Source: Pseudomonadota bacterium (GTDB lineage: Bacteria > Bdellovibrionota > FAC87 > UBA2466). Taken from it: DNA of 19,208 bases. The notes below the pieces were generated by a model. It searched no databases and was not told the origin of the DNA. It was given only the letters and a program-made list of their open reading frames with translations. Position 1 is the first letter of the stretch; each line of letters begins with the position of its first letter. The position numbers and the translations under genes are program-made. Of the stretch, positions 9,637 to 17,544 are shown one piece after another. Where the stretch lies: positions 1 to 19,208 of the forward strand of contig JAYUGC010000003.1 in assembly GCA_043767805.1 (NCBI GenBank), given 5' to 3'.

Positions 9637-10197
9637 TTAGTGGTAGCTTTTCGGTTCGCCGTCGGGCGTGGGCGTTTCAGTGGACGTGGGGGCCCATTCT
9701 TTGGCCGCGCCCCCGTCGCCCATTTCGGCTTTGTGGAGCAGGTGGCCTTCCGCCTTCGTGGCGATACGGCCAATGACCTCATCCACTTCACCGGAGATGG
9801 CGGGAATTGCCTGCTTCAGCATCTTGCCGAAAGAGCGCGCAAGACTTCCCAGCACGACCCCTTTGATGAGCTTCAGCTCTTCGTCGAAGGGCCCCGGTTG
9901 CCTGGGCCCTCTCGGAACGCTCGGCGCGAACGCCGTTCGTTCGAAGGAGCTGGAAGAAGAACGGCCCGCGAGCCATCCTCCCACCGCGGCTCCCGCTACG
10001 AGGGATCCTCCCAAAGACCAAAGCGGAAACTGCTTGATCTGATGAGTTGGGGTGATTTTCTGCAGCCCTTCCTTCACGTTCTCGATGGTGCCCTCGACCG
10101 TACTGCGAAGCTGGCTTTCGAGCGAAGCGAAGTCCTGGCCGATTTCGTCTTTGGTTACCTCGATTCGTTCCCGAATCAGGTTTGGTTGTTCAGCCAT
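9637..10197 (-). CDS. DUF3618-like membrane-anchored protein
   Basis: IRERIEVTKDEIGQDFASLE N-terminal helix, FPLWSLGGSLVAGAAVG TM; overlaps the holin-family gene. Confidence 0.75.
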   Translation of the reverse strand: MAEQPNLIRERIEVTKDEIGQDFASLESQLRSTVEGTIENVKEGLQKITPTHQIKQFPLWSLGGSLVAGAAVGGWLAGRSSSSSFERTAFAPSVPRGPRQPGPFDEELKLIKGVVLGSLARSFGKMLKQAIPAISGEVDEVIGRIATKAEGHLLHKAEMGDGGAAKEWAPTSTETPTPDGEPKSYH

Positions 10198-10595
10198 CGC
10201 ACGTTCTCCTGTTCGGCGCCTTCCACAACGGAGGCGCGCTTTTTATCGGACGCGATCTCACCGAGCGGCCAGCCAACTTCCTTCACTTGTTTCTCGTACC
10301 AAACGTAGCATCCGATCGCCGCCGCGAAGTAAACGATGGCGACTCCGAGGCAAGCAAATCCCACGGAAACGCCGTTTTCCACGAGGAGAGCGACGATCGC
10401 GGCCGTGAAGAGTACGAATCCAAAGGCGGCCGCGGCGGCTCCGATCACCAAACCCGTGAGGGCTTTGGCACTTTGCCGCACTTCCGCTTTGACGAGTGCC
10501 ACCTCTTGGCGAACCAAGGTTTGGGTGTCGTCCAAGATCTTACCGAACGTCACAGATAAAGAAGGTTGATTGTCTTTTTTAGAAAGGGCTTCCAC
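10176..10595 (-). CDS. Holin-X / Phage_holin_3_6 family membrane protein (YqjE-like)
   Basis: SLSVTFGKILDDTQTLVRQEVALVKAEVRQ followed by two TM helices. Confidence 0.88.
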   Translation of the reverse strand: MEALSKKDNQPSLSVTFGKILDDTQTLVRQEVALVKAEVRQSAKALTGLVIGAAAAAFGFVLFTAAIVALLVENGVSVGFACLGVAIVYFAAAIGCYVWYEKQVKEVGWPLGEIASDKKRASVVEGAEQENVRWLNNQT

Positions 10596-10596
10596 T

Positions 10597-10932
10597 TTAT
10601 TTTCTCGCTACAGCGTAGCCAAGGATCAGACCCGCGCCGAAACCAATCAGCAGGGCTTGGCCAGGGTTGTTACGGACGAAAGTACGCGTCTCGCCGACCG
10701 CTTTTTCGCCGTACTCCTGAGCTTTGTGAGCTACGTCGGTTACTTTTTCTTGAGCTTGGGACGTAAAATCGGAAAAGCCATCCTTCATGTGCGACAAAGC
10801 CGAGGAAGCTTTTTGCGCAAGCGTGTCAGTGCCCTGCGCGGCAGCGGCTCCGGTCGAGGCTCCGCTGGCGACTTGGGACATAGAAGGATTATCGTGTTTT
10901 TCGTTCTTCGCGGTAGATCCGGTATTTTGCAT
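10597..10932 (-). CDS. ElaB/YqjD/DUF883-like tail-anchored protein
   Basis: Helical hydrophilic body, then FVRNNPGQALLIGFGAGLILGYAVARK. ATG 10932 has an AGAGG RBS; 10962 is an alternative start. Confidence 0.9.
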   Translation of the reverse strand: MQNTGSTAKNEKHDNPSMSQVASGASTGAAAAQGTDTLAQKASSALSHMKDGFSDFTSQAQEKVTDVAHKAQEYGEKAVGETRTFVRNNPGQALLIGFGAGLILGYAVARK

Positions 10933-10998
10933 GATTTGCCTCTTCTTCAAGCTGTCGGCCATAGGCCGGGTTATTCAATCTCTTACCTCGCCCAATAG

Positions 10999-11014
10999 TG
11001 CAGAAGTCATGCCG
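10999..11014 (-). promoter_or_regulatory. sigma54 promoter for the DUF883-holin-DUF3618 operon
   Basis: CGGCAT-GACTT-CTGCA, with candidate UAS 17-mers upstream at 11044 and 11086. Confidence 0.7.
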
Positions 11015-11161
11015 TAGGGAATGCCCCCGCTGGTCTGGGTTTTTGATGCCTATTGAAACAAGGCAGTAGGAGGATTTCCGGCCGGCATTGCGGACTTCAA
11101 CAACTCTTGGGGTGTCTCTTAAGGGAGACACTGGTGCGCATTATGGAATGCCGGAAAAGTG

Positions 11162-11216
11162 AAAGGGGTGGCGCGAGCCGCTTTTTAAGCCGCGATCGCG
11201 CCACCCCTTTTTCTTC
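11162..11216. terminator. Strong stem-loop / intrinsic terminator
   Basis: Perfect 15-bp inverted repeat AAAGGGGTGGCGCGA/TCGCGCCACCCCTTT with a 19-nt loop and T-rich tails on both strands. Confidence 0.75.
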
Positions 11217-11337
11217 ACACACACAGCTAAACTAGGGAGGACTCAAACGACATACGGTCGCTTGTTTCTGCTCATTTTTATGCGCACTCTTGATGCCGGA
11301 AATGCAGGAGCGATTCCGACCCTAGTCTTTGTGAAGA

Positions 11338-11520
11338 TCAGAAAATAATTTTTTCAGCGAGCACAAGCGTATAAAGCGATCCGAGAACTCCGAACATGAA
11401 TAGCAAGTCCATCAGTGGTACGCCTTTTTTCTTGGCCATGGCGCCCAAATGCCTCGGGAGGAAATACAGCTTGTCGCCAAGTTGTGTTGATTGGGCGTTC
11501 CCAAAACTTCCCGAGTACAT
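11338..11520 (-). CDS. 60-aa tail-anchored membrane microprotein
   Basis: AGGAGG RBS before ATG 11520; C-terminal PLMDLLFMFGVLGSLYTLVLAEKIIF; has its own sigma54 promoter. Confidence 0.75.
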   Translation of the reverse strand: MYSGSFGNAQSTQLGDKLYFLPRHLGAMAKKKGVPLMDLLFMFGVLGSLYTLVLAEKIIF

Positions 11521-11595
11521 ATGGCCTCCTGGCATTTCTATCCGTCACGCTCTCGACGTTAGGCGTGTTCTGATGTGTTGTTTGTTTAGATAAAA

Positions 11596-11611
11596 TGCAA
11601 CCCCTGTGCCA
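11596..11611 (-). promoter_or_regulatory. sigma54 promoter for the 60-aa microprotein
   Basis: TGGCAC-AGGGG-TTGCA, perfect consensus. Confidence 0.88.
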
Positions 11612-11734
11612 CTCAATTTCGTGCGGAAAGAGCAAATCGCGCACGAAGTTTTGTATCAGAACGACACAGGAAAAGTGTGACAGGCAACACTCTACAGGGA
11701 TGAGCTTGCCGTGCCGCGCGTTGAAAAAATTATT

Positions 11735-11750
11735 TGGCACGACAACTGCT
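11735..11750 (+). promoter_or_regulatory. sigma54 promoter for the lipoprotein at 11805
   Basis: TGGCAC-GACAA-CTGCT. Confidence 0.78.
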
Positions 11751-11804
11751 TCTCCCTTAAGCACGAGGTTGATTTCTCACAAAATAATTTGAAAGGGTTC
11801 ACTC

Positions 11805-12209
11805 ATGAAAAAATTATGGTTTCTAGGACTAGGTATGGTCGCTCTAGTGGGTTGCAGCTCCAGCCCTAAGACCGTAGCCGTCGAGGACAGACTTTCGGAT
11901 AGGCAGGGCGCAATGGAAAAATCCGACGAATTTCTCACCGACGCTCAGGGCGAGCTGAACAATATGTCCAAAAAGATTAGCGACATGAAAAAGGATTCTC
12001 AGGGCAAAGCGGGTCTTCCCAACAAGGCGCGCTTCGAGAGTTCGTTAGATCATCTGTTACTAGCGGTGCAACGTTCGCAACTCGATCTGCGGGAACTTCA
12101 AGCGCGTAACACCGAGCGCCGCAGACAGTTCGAGAGCCGCGTCAACCGCGCCATGGAACCGGTCGCTCAGCCTGTCGTGGGCGATGACGACGTTTACCAA
12201 GCCGATTGA
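11805..12209 (+). CDS. Coiled-coil lipoprotein
   Basis: MKKLWFLGLGMVALVGC lipobox; heptad-like helices. Confidence 0.88.
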   Translation: MKKLWFLGLGMVALVGCSSSPKTVAVEDRLSDRQGAMEKSDEFLTDAQGELNNMSKKISDMKKDSQGKAGLPNKARFESSLDHLLLAVQRSQLDLRELQARNTERRRQFESRVNRAMEPVAQPVVGDDDVYQAD

Positions 12210-12218
12210 TGAGGGAAA

Positions 12219-12422
12219 ATGCGACGGCCTAAAGCGTTCTCCGAGGAGCTGAAGCTGCAATTAGGAGAAGAGCCCGTCGATCTCACCGCTTATCGCCTCG
12301 CCCACCGGCTGTTCTGGTTCAGAACGGCCGGTGGGGACGAGGTAAATTTTCAAACGCTCTACGAGCAGGTCCGCGCTCTCTTAAAGCGGGAAGCGGCTTT
12401 GGAAAACGCGGAAGCGCCGTAA
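12219..12422 (+). CDS. Small hypothetical protein
   Basis: GAGGGA RBS, 9 nt after the upstream stop; helical sequence. Confidence 0.7.
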   Translation: MRRPKAFSEELKLQLGEEPVDLTAYRLAHRLFWFRTAGGDEVNFQTLYEQVRALLKREAALENAEAP

Positions 12423-12618
12423 AGCCTCATTCCGCAATCTTGCTTTCAATCCCCGCCAAAATATTCTTGGGTACGTACGCTTCGGCGTGATGGGCGGCGG
12501 AAAATCGATCCCGGCTTCCGTCTCCAGCAAATACTGCGGGATAAGCATCACCAGCCCGTACATTGCCGAGCCTTTGAAAAGCCGGCGCACTGACTTAAAA
12601 GTCGGTATTTCGTTCCAT
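12381..12618 (-). pseudogene. Decayed gene for a conserved small membrane protein
   Basis: RRLFKGSAMYGLVMLIPQYLLETEAGIDFPPPIT resembles, from memory, the N-terminus of a conserved hypothetical membrane family. The RBS-associated ATG (12618) is out of frame and the similarity ends after PPPIT. Confidence 0.5.
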
Positions 12619-12710
12619 TCGCCCCTTATACCTCCAGGTCCTTCCCGCCTCAGGTTTCCCCGCCGAACGAACGATAAGTAGATAACCCTCCTTCGACGAC
12701 AGGAAACCTC

Positions 12711-13841
12711 ATGGCCTTGCGCATTGCGTTTTTCCTGTTAATTGTGACTTTTCTGCCTCGGACCAGCTTCGGAAAGACCCGGAGCTTATGCCGGGGCCTA
12801 GGGCCCAATCCGTCGAACGTGACTGATTTTTACGAAGACAATCCCACCTATTTCGCGCCGCTTTCCGACGGTGGCGACTGGCCGAAGGGAACGCCTGAAA
12901 GCCAGGGGCTGCGCTCGGCCCCTCTGAAAGAAGCGACGTACCAGCTCGCCTCTCTTCCTCAGCCTTTGAGCTTTCTCGTCCTTAGGGACGGAGTGCTCGT
13001 CTGGGAAAAATACTTTCACGGCACTCAGGTCTTTCACAGCAACAACATTCACTCGGCCTCGAAATCGATCATCGGCGCGCTGATGGGGATCGCGCAAAGA
13101 GAAGGCTTCTTCGATCACGTCGATCAAAGCATCAGTGATTTTCTTTCCAGCTCGTTTCAGATTGGCGCGAAGAAAAAGATCACGCTTCGTCATCTGCTCA
13201 CCATGACCTCGGGTCTTCAGTGGGTCGAGGACGAGACGGAGTACGAGATCGAAAAGAGCGCGAACTGGGCGCAAGCGATGCTGAACCTTCCCCAACGCGA
13301 TCCGGCCGGTTCTAAATTTTTCTACAGCACCGCCAATACTCACCTTTTGTCGACGATTCTGACCGAAGCGACGGGAATGGACACGTGCTCCTTCGCGCGC
13401 AAGTACTTGCTCGATCCGCTCGGAATCTCGGTCGAGCATTGGGGCCGCGATCCCCAAGGGTACTACTCCGGCGGTTACAACGTTTACCTAACGCCGAGAG
13501 AGATGGCGAAGTTCGGCCAGCTTTATTTGCATGAGGGCGATTGGAACGGGAAGTCTCTCGTGCCTTCCGAATGGGTGAAGGCTTCCGTTACTCCTTCGCA
13601 AACCGTCGATGCGAATCGTAAGTACGGCTACCTTTGGTGGCTCGTCACCTTGGAGGGGCATGCGGCTTACAAGATGTGGGGTTACGGCGGGCAATTCGTC
13701 TACGTGATCCCGAGCCTCGATCTAGTTGTAGTGCTGACCGCCGACACCAAGGCCGAGCATCCAGAGCTAAACGGGGATGACTTCATGAAGAAGTACGTGC
13801 TTCCCGCGGCGGTCCGGAAACCCGGTTCTCGCCCTCTCTAG
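12711..13841 (+). CDS. Exported serine hydrolase, beta-lactamase-related (AmpC/NylB-like)
   Basis: Signal peptide, SASK (SxxK), ITLRHLLTMTSG, FFYSTAN, WGYGGQF. Confidence 0.93.
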   Translation: MALRIAFFLLIVTFLPRTSFGKTRSLCRGLGPNPSNVTDFYEDNPTYFAPLSDGGDWPKGTPESQGLRSAPLKEATYQLASLPQPLSFLVLRDGVLVWEKYFHGTQVFHSNNIHSASKSIIGALMGIAQREGFFDHVDQSISDFLSSSFQIGAKKKITLRHLLTMTSGLQWVEDETEYEIEKSANWAQAMLNLPQRDPAGSKFFYSTANTHLLSTILTEATGMDTCSFARKYLLDPLGISVEHWGRDPQGYYSGGYNVYLTPREMAKFGQLYLHEGDWNGKSLVPSEWVKASVTPSQTVDANRKYGYLWWLVTLEGHAAYKMWGYGGQFVYVIPSLDLVVVLTADTKAEHPELNGDDFMKKYVLPAAVRKPGSRPL

Positions 13842-13875
13842 GCACGGTTTTTCGCCCGTATACTGGCTGTAAGCA

Positions 13876-14183
13876 TTGAGTCTCTCCTTCGATGGAGTGC
13901 CGGTGGGCGCTTCGCGAGCCGCATTTTCGTTTTGACTAACGATGGCCAGTGGGATGCCACCGCCGTTGCGATGATTTCAATGCCGGCCGATGCGTTTAGC
14001 CTCGGCACCACCACTTGCGCGGATTACTTGCCCCCAGGCGCGAGCTGCGACATCGAAGTGATCTTCGCGCCCGCCGACATTGCCCCGGCGAGCTCTTCCC
14101 TGGAATTCACCTACGAGGACGGCATCAACACCGGCATCTCGGTCTCGGCGGCTTTCTTCGGTAACGGCATCTCTCCCCGCTAG
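13876..14183 (+). pseudogene. Frameshifted fragment of an Ig-like ASH / choice-of-anchor-D domain
   Basis: LSFDGVPVGA in one frame, then ASRIFVLTNDG...TTCADYLPPGASCDIEVIFAP...LEFTYEDG in another (shift near 13912). No signal peptide or RBS. Confidence 0.6.
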
Positions 14184-14190
14184 TTAAAAC

Positions 14191-14206
14191 TGGCATGTGG
14201 CTTGCT
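14191..14206 (+). promoter_or_regulatory. sigma54 promoter for the membrane-protein operon
   Basis: TGGCAT-GTGGC-TTGCT, immediately after the upstream stop codon. Confidence 0.8.
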
Positions 14207-14220
14207 CCTCTAACCTTCGA

Positions 14221-14781
14221 ATGGTTAAACGACGACCTCATCTTTCAGGCTTACGGAGTATTCGCGGCGGCCTCAGCGCGCCGTATCACCCCAATCGCAG
14301 AAAGCTCATCCAAATCTCATGGGCAGGCTTTTCGGGGACGCTAGTCACTCTGTTCATGAGTGCGATGCTCTACATCGCGGGGTGGAGCAGCACCGACTTC
14401 GGCGCTCTCTTTGGCTCTTTTCTCGTCAAGGGAGATCCTCCGCTCGTTTCAGAGCCCGCGTGGTGGGTGGGACTCACGATCTATTTGATCTTGGGCGCCT
14501 TCGTTTTCCCGATAGGCGTTGATTACCTCGCTGCCAGAAAGCTTCTCACGAATCACCGATGGACCAAGGGGCTCGCCGCCGGTTTCATTTTGTGGTTCGT
14601 GGCGGAGGCGCTATTGAAACCGCTCGCCGGCATGGGATTTTTCTCCAATCGGCTTCCCGCTTCGTTTGCCGCCACTCTTTTTTCTCTCGCGCTTTGGTTA
14701 TCGTACGCTTTGATTTTTGAAAAGGGAACGCGAGTTCGCCTCGTGCACGACCTTCGTTTGGTCGAGGCAGAGGCTGCTTAA
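14221..14781 (+). CDS. Four-TM membrane protein (DUF6789-like)
   Basis: AGFSGTLVTLFM, DFGALFGS, WWVGLTIY, KGLAAGFILW, PLAGMGFFS. Start moved to ATG 14221, downstream of the promoter. Confidence 0.75.
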   Translation: MVKRRPHLSGLRSIRGGLSAPYHPNRRKLIQISWAGFSGTLVTLFMSAMLYIAGWSSTDFGALFGSFLVKGDPPLVSEPAWWVGLTIYLILGAFVFPIGVDYLAARKLLTNHRWTKGLAAGFILWFVAEALLKPLAGMGFFSNRLPASFAATLFSLALWLSYALIFEKGTRVRLVHDLRLVEAEAA

Positions 14782-14792
14782 AGAAAGGGACA

Positions 14793-14954
14793 ATGAGTAA
14801 GAAAGAAGAGACGAAGCTGAAGCCGCATGAAAAAAAGCCCGCTCTGCGCAAGGGAGGCTCAGCAGGCACCGACGAAGGCGGAGAGGGCGGAACCGCGGGT
14901 AACTGGGGAGGCGGCGCGACGGTAGGGAGTGCGAAGTCAGGCCCTTCCAAGTAA
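14793..14954 (+). CDS. 53-aa Gly/Lys-rich hydrophilin-like microprotein
   Basis: Not in the ORF track. AAAGGGA RBS 11 nt after the upstream stop; MSKKEETKLKPHEKKPALRKGGSAGTDEGGEGGTAGNWGGGATVGSAKSGPSK. Confidence 0.7.
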   Translation: MSKKEETKLKPHEKKPALRKGGSAGTDEGGEGGTAGNWGGGATVGSAKSGPSK

Positions 14955-15007
14955 CGTTTGTAGCATTCGGTCTCCTCTTTTGTTGCAACCAGAAGCAGGG
15001 GCATTTA

Positions 15008-15023
15008 TGGCACTTAGCTTGCA
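15008..15023 (+). promoter_or_regulatory. sigma54 promoter for the small protein ending at 15372
   Basis: TGGCAC-TTAGC-TTGCA, perfect consensus; 17-mer TGTTGCA-ACC-AGAAGCA just upstream (14981-14997). Confidence 0.85.
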
Positions 15024-15138
15024 CCAACGAAAAAAGTTTCTCTTTGAAAAGTTACGACAAGACCGGGGGCCCAGTATCCAAGAAAACTTAAGAGGAAGCG
15101 CCCCTTCGGGCCGGTGGATCGGGCGCGGTGACATTCGG

Positions 15139-15372
15139 GTGGAATGCCGGCAGGACGGAACCGAAGGAGACACGCCCGCGCGGTTTCATTTGGGGCGCGA
15201 GCCTTTGGATATCGTCGAGGTGAAAGAGAGCTGGCTCTCTCCGGAGCATTGTTACTTCAAAGTCGGGACCGAGGATGGCGCGGAATATATTCTCCGCCAC
15301 GATCGGCGTTACGATTTGTGGGAAGTGACGACTTTCGCGGCGATCGATGTCGACGTGCCGTCGACGGATTAG
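15139..15372 (+). CDS. Small conserved hypothetical protein (DUF6504-like)
   Basis: IRVEC...TPARFHLG...DIVEVKESWLSPEHCYFKV...YILRHD...WEV. Start uncertain; GTG 15139 is the first in-frame start after the promoter. Confidence 0.7.
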   Translation: MECRQDGTEGDTPARFHLGREPLDIVEVKESWLSPEHCYFKVGTEDGAEYILRHDRRYDLWEVTTFAAIDVDVPSTD

Positions 15373-15803
15373 GCTGCGCAAATTGTTTTCGGGCGCGCCG
15401 TGCGGATGGCGTCTTTGAGCGAGCTCACTTCGTCCGCGAGTAGCCCAAACACATCGTCGAAAGATAGAAGGGCGACCGCTTTACCCGCTTTATCCACGAT
15501 GGGAATGCGCCGCACTTCCGATTTTTTCATCTTATCGACAACATTGTAGATGCCTTCATCGAGGCTGACTGATTCCACCGGCCGGCTCATGATGGCTTCG
15601 GCAAGGGTCGTGGCGGCCGGCTTTTTTTCGGCGAGGCAGCGGAGCGTGAGATCGCGGTCGGTGATGATCCCGACGGGTTTGCCACCGGAAGTGACCAGCA
15701 CCGCGCCCACGTCTTTATCGCGCATCATTTGCGCGACAGTTTCCGCGGAGGTTTCGGGGGCACACGCCACGAGATCCCGATCCAAAAAATTTTTGAGTGG
15801 CAT
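15369..15803 (-). CDS. CBS-domain pair protein
   Basis: AQMMRDKDVGAVLV...GIITDRDL, MKKSEVRRIPIVD...LLSFDD. ATG 15803 lies downstream of the promoter. Confidence 0.93.
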   Translation of the reverse strand: MPLKNFLDRDLVACAPETSAETVAQMMRDKDVGAVLVTSGGKPVGIITDRDLTLRCLAEKKPAATTLAEAIMSRPVESVSLDEGIYNVVDKMKKSEVRRIPIVDKAGKAVALLSFDDVFGLLADEVSSLKDAIRTARPKTICAA

Positions 15804-15816
15804 GATCGCTAGAGAG

Positions 15817-15832
15817 TGCAAAGCGGGGGCCA
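15817..15832 (-). promoter_or_regulatory. sigma54 promoter for the CBS gene
   Basis: TGGCCC-CCGCT-TTGCA. Confidence 0.7.
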
Positions 15833-15847
15833 TTAAACGGAGCGCCT

Positions 15848-15863
15848 TGGCACGCCGCTCGCT
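15848..15863 (+). promoter_or_regulatory. sigma54 promoter for the EEP phosphodiesterase
   Basis: TGGCAC-GCCGC-TCGCT. Confidence 0.65.
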
Positions 15864-15881
15864 TTTCCTTACGCTTAATCC

Positions 15882-16799
15882 TTGCCCTTAAAATTTGGCC
15901 GCTTACTTTCCCTAGCGGTACTGGTGTGCGCTCTGGTTCGTTGCGGTGCGGACAAACCCGCGAAGCCTCTCGTACTGGGTTACGAGACCAAGGCCACGCC
16001 TGTTTCACTTCTCGCCTACAACACGTTTCTTCGGCCTCATGTGGTGGGGCTTTGGGACAAGAAGGCGGAGCGGCTTCCCGCCAACATCGAGGCGGCGAGC
16101 CGCTACGACGTGGTTGGTTTGAGCGAGGTCTTTGATGACAAGATGCGGGCGGAGCTAAGAAGGAAGCTGAAGGTCTCTCACCCTTACGTGGTCGAGCCGC
16201 CGACGGATCCCTACGGCGTCCGCGAGGATGGCGGCATTTTCTTGATGAGCCGTTTTCCCATCGTGTTCTCGAGGCGATGGATTTACGGCGAAGGAGCGGG
16301 AGCGGATGCTCTGTCGGTCAAGGGCGTGATTTACGCGCGCTTGCAGGTGGGAACGCAAAAACTCGATGTCATGGTGACCCACGCGCAATCAGGAAGCGAG
16401 CATGCGGCCGTGAGAAAGCGCCAGTTCGAAGAGCTCAGCCGCTTTGCCGCCGAGTGGGAAAGTAAGGACGTCGCGCAGGTGCTCCTCGGAGATTTGAATG
16501 TGGCGGAGGCCGAGACGGGCGAGTACGAGTCGATGCTCTCGGTGTTGGGGCAGCCTTGGGATGTGTACCGGCATTTGAACCAGGATCAGGGCTTCACTTC
16601 CGATGGGCTCATGAACGCGTTGGTGGGCAACTCGGTGCGGGAGCGCATCGACTATCTGCTCTGCCGGCATTGCGAGGGTAGGGAAGACTGGTTCAAAACG
16701 AGCCGGGTCGAGCCCTTTCCCTTGAAGGTGCCCGCGGGGAAGGCCAAGTTCGGATCCGACCACTACGCGGTTACGGCCGTCATGGAAATACCCCAATGA
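15882..16799 (+). CDS. Exported endonuclease/exonuclease/phosphatase-family enzyme, sphingomyelinase-C-like
   Basis: AYNTFLRP, DVVGLSEVFD, GGIFLMSRFPI, ADALSVKG, THAQS, GDLNV, RIDY, SDHYAV; N-terminal signal with Cys. Confidence 0.92.
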   Translation: MPLKFGRLLSLAVLVCALVRCGADKPAKPLVLGYETKATPVSLLAYNTFLRPHVVGLWDKKAERLPANIEAASRYDVVGLSEVFDDKMRAELRRKLKVSHPYVVEPPTDPYGVREDGGIFLMSRFPIVFSRRWIYGEGAGADALSVKGVIYARLQVGTQKLDVMVTHAQSGSEHAAVRKRQFEELSRFAAEWESKDVAQVLLGDLNVAEAETGEYESMLSVLGQPWDVYRHLNQDQGFTSDGLMNALVGNSVRERIDYLLCRHCEGREDWFKTSRVEPFPLKVPAGKAKFGSDHYAVTAVMEIPQ

Positions 16800-16830
16800 T
16801 AAAAGCTGCTTAAGTTACCAATTCTCGTGA

Positions 16831-16860
16831 TTGAAGTGGTTCAACGCAAAGTGTTATAAG
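16831..16860 (+). promoter_or_regulatory. Putative sigma70-type promoter
   Basis: TTGAAG-N18-TATAAG with an extended -10 TG, upstream of a GAGGGG RBS. Confidence 0.45.
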
Positions 16861-16882
16861 GGGGCGCTTTTGAGGGGAAACT

Positions 16883-17467
16883 ATGCGCGTTCTAATTTTG
16901 GTGAGTCTTTTGAGTTTGGTGGGCTGTTCGACGGAGAACCATCCGTTGTTTCCGCAGAAGGCGCCTCGCACGGCGCCTTCTCCGACGAAGCCTGAGCTTC
17001 CCCCCACTACCACGACTCCCGAGCCCGCGCCGGAACCGGCGAAGTGGGTTCCCCACGATTTCGACATCGTCGGCCGTTGGAAAAAGCCCTGTGCCTTGGT
17101 TCCGAGCCTGCCGGGGAAGTCTTTGGAAGACGAAATCGCCTTCGTGGGCGATCGCGTTCAGCTGACGACCTATACCTACTCCGACGTGGCTTGCGCGAAG
17201 AGTCTGCTTCTCGCATCCGAAAAGTCCGAGCTCATTTTCGAAGAGGGTTGGGAAGATTCGGCCCCCCGACTGGGAGGTAAAATCGTTCAGGGCTGGCGTG
17301 GTCTTTTCATTAAGGAAGAGAACGGCATGCAGTCGGAAATGTACGAGGTCTCCACTCACCTCGCTTACGAGTTCGGCTCGCGCGTGCTGTACATCAAGTG
17401 GGCCGTTCCGAAACCCGTGCCTCTCGATCCCGTTCAGGACCGGTACGTGTTCGTCGGCTTGAACTAG
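16883..17467 (+). CDS. Lipoprotein of unknown function with a Pro/Thr linker
   Basis: Lipobox LVGC; PT-rich tether; IVGRWKKPC (lipocalin-like GxW start). Confidence 0.85.
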   Translation: MRVLILVSLLSLVGCSTENHPLFPQKAPRTAPSPTKPELPPTTTTPEPAPEPAKWVPHDFDIVGRWKKPCALVPSLPGKSLEDEIAFVGDRVQLTTYTYSDVACAKSLLLASEKSELIFEEGWEDSAPRLGGKIVQGWRGLFIKEENGMQSEMYEVSTHLAYEFGSRVLYIKWAVPKPVPLDPVQDRYVFVGLN

Positions 17468-17544
17468 TTTTTTGAGCGCTTTGGTCTCAAAGACCCAAGT
17501 AGGCTTGAGTACGTCAGTAGTAGAGCGATGGTGTAGCGCATGGA

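Noticed and set aside
10176..10595. Holin-family gene as evidence of a prophage
   Set aside because: No endolysin or structural genes nearby; this family commonly sits in chromosomal DUF883/DUF3618 stress operons.
11283..11298. CGGCAT-CAAGA-GTGCG (minus) as a sigma54 promoter
   Set aside because: Weak -12 element and only a 10-codon ORF downstream; not counted.
12711..13841. Antibiotic-resistance beta-lactamase
   Set aside because: The motifs fit the broad serine-hydrolase family (WGYGGQ rather than KTG); resistance cannot be inferred.
13840..13855. sigma54-like AGGCACGGTTTTTCGC
   Set aside because: GG-to-GC spacing is 11, not the strictly required 10.
14929..15138. N-terminal extension of the 147-aa ORF (likewise 2138-2242, 14197-14220, 15804-15833)
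   Set aside because: These extensions contain the sigma54 boxes and lack family-like sequence, so later starts were preferred.
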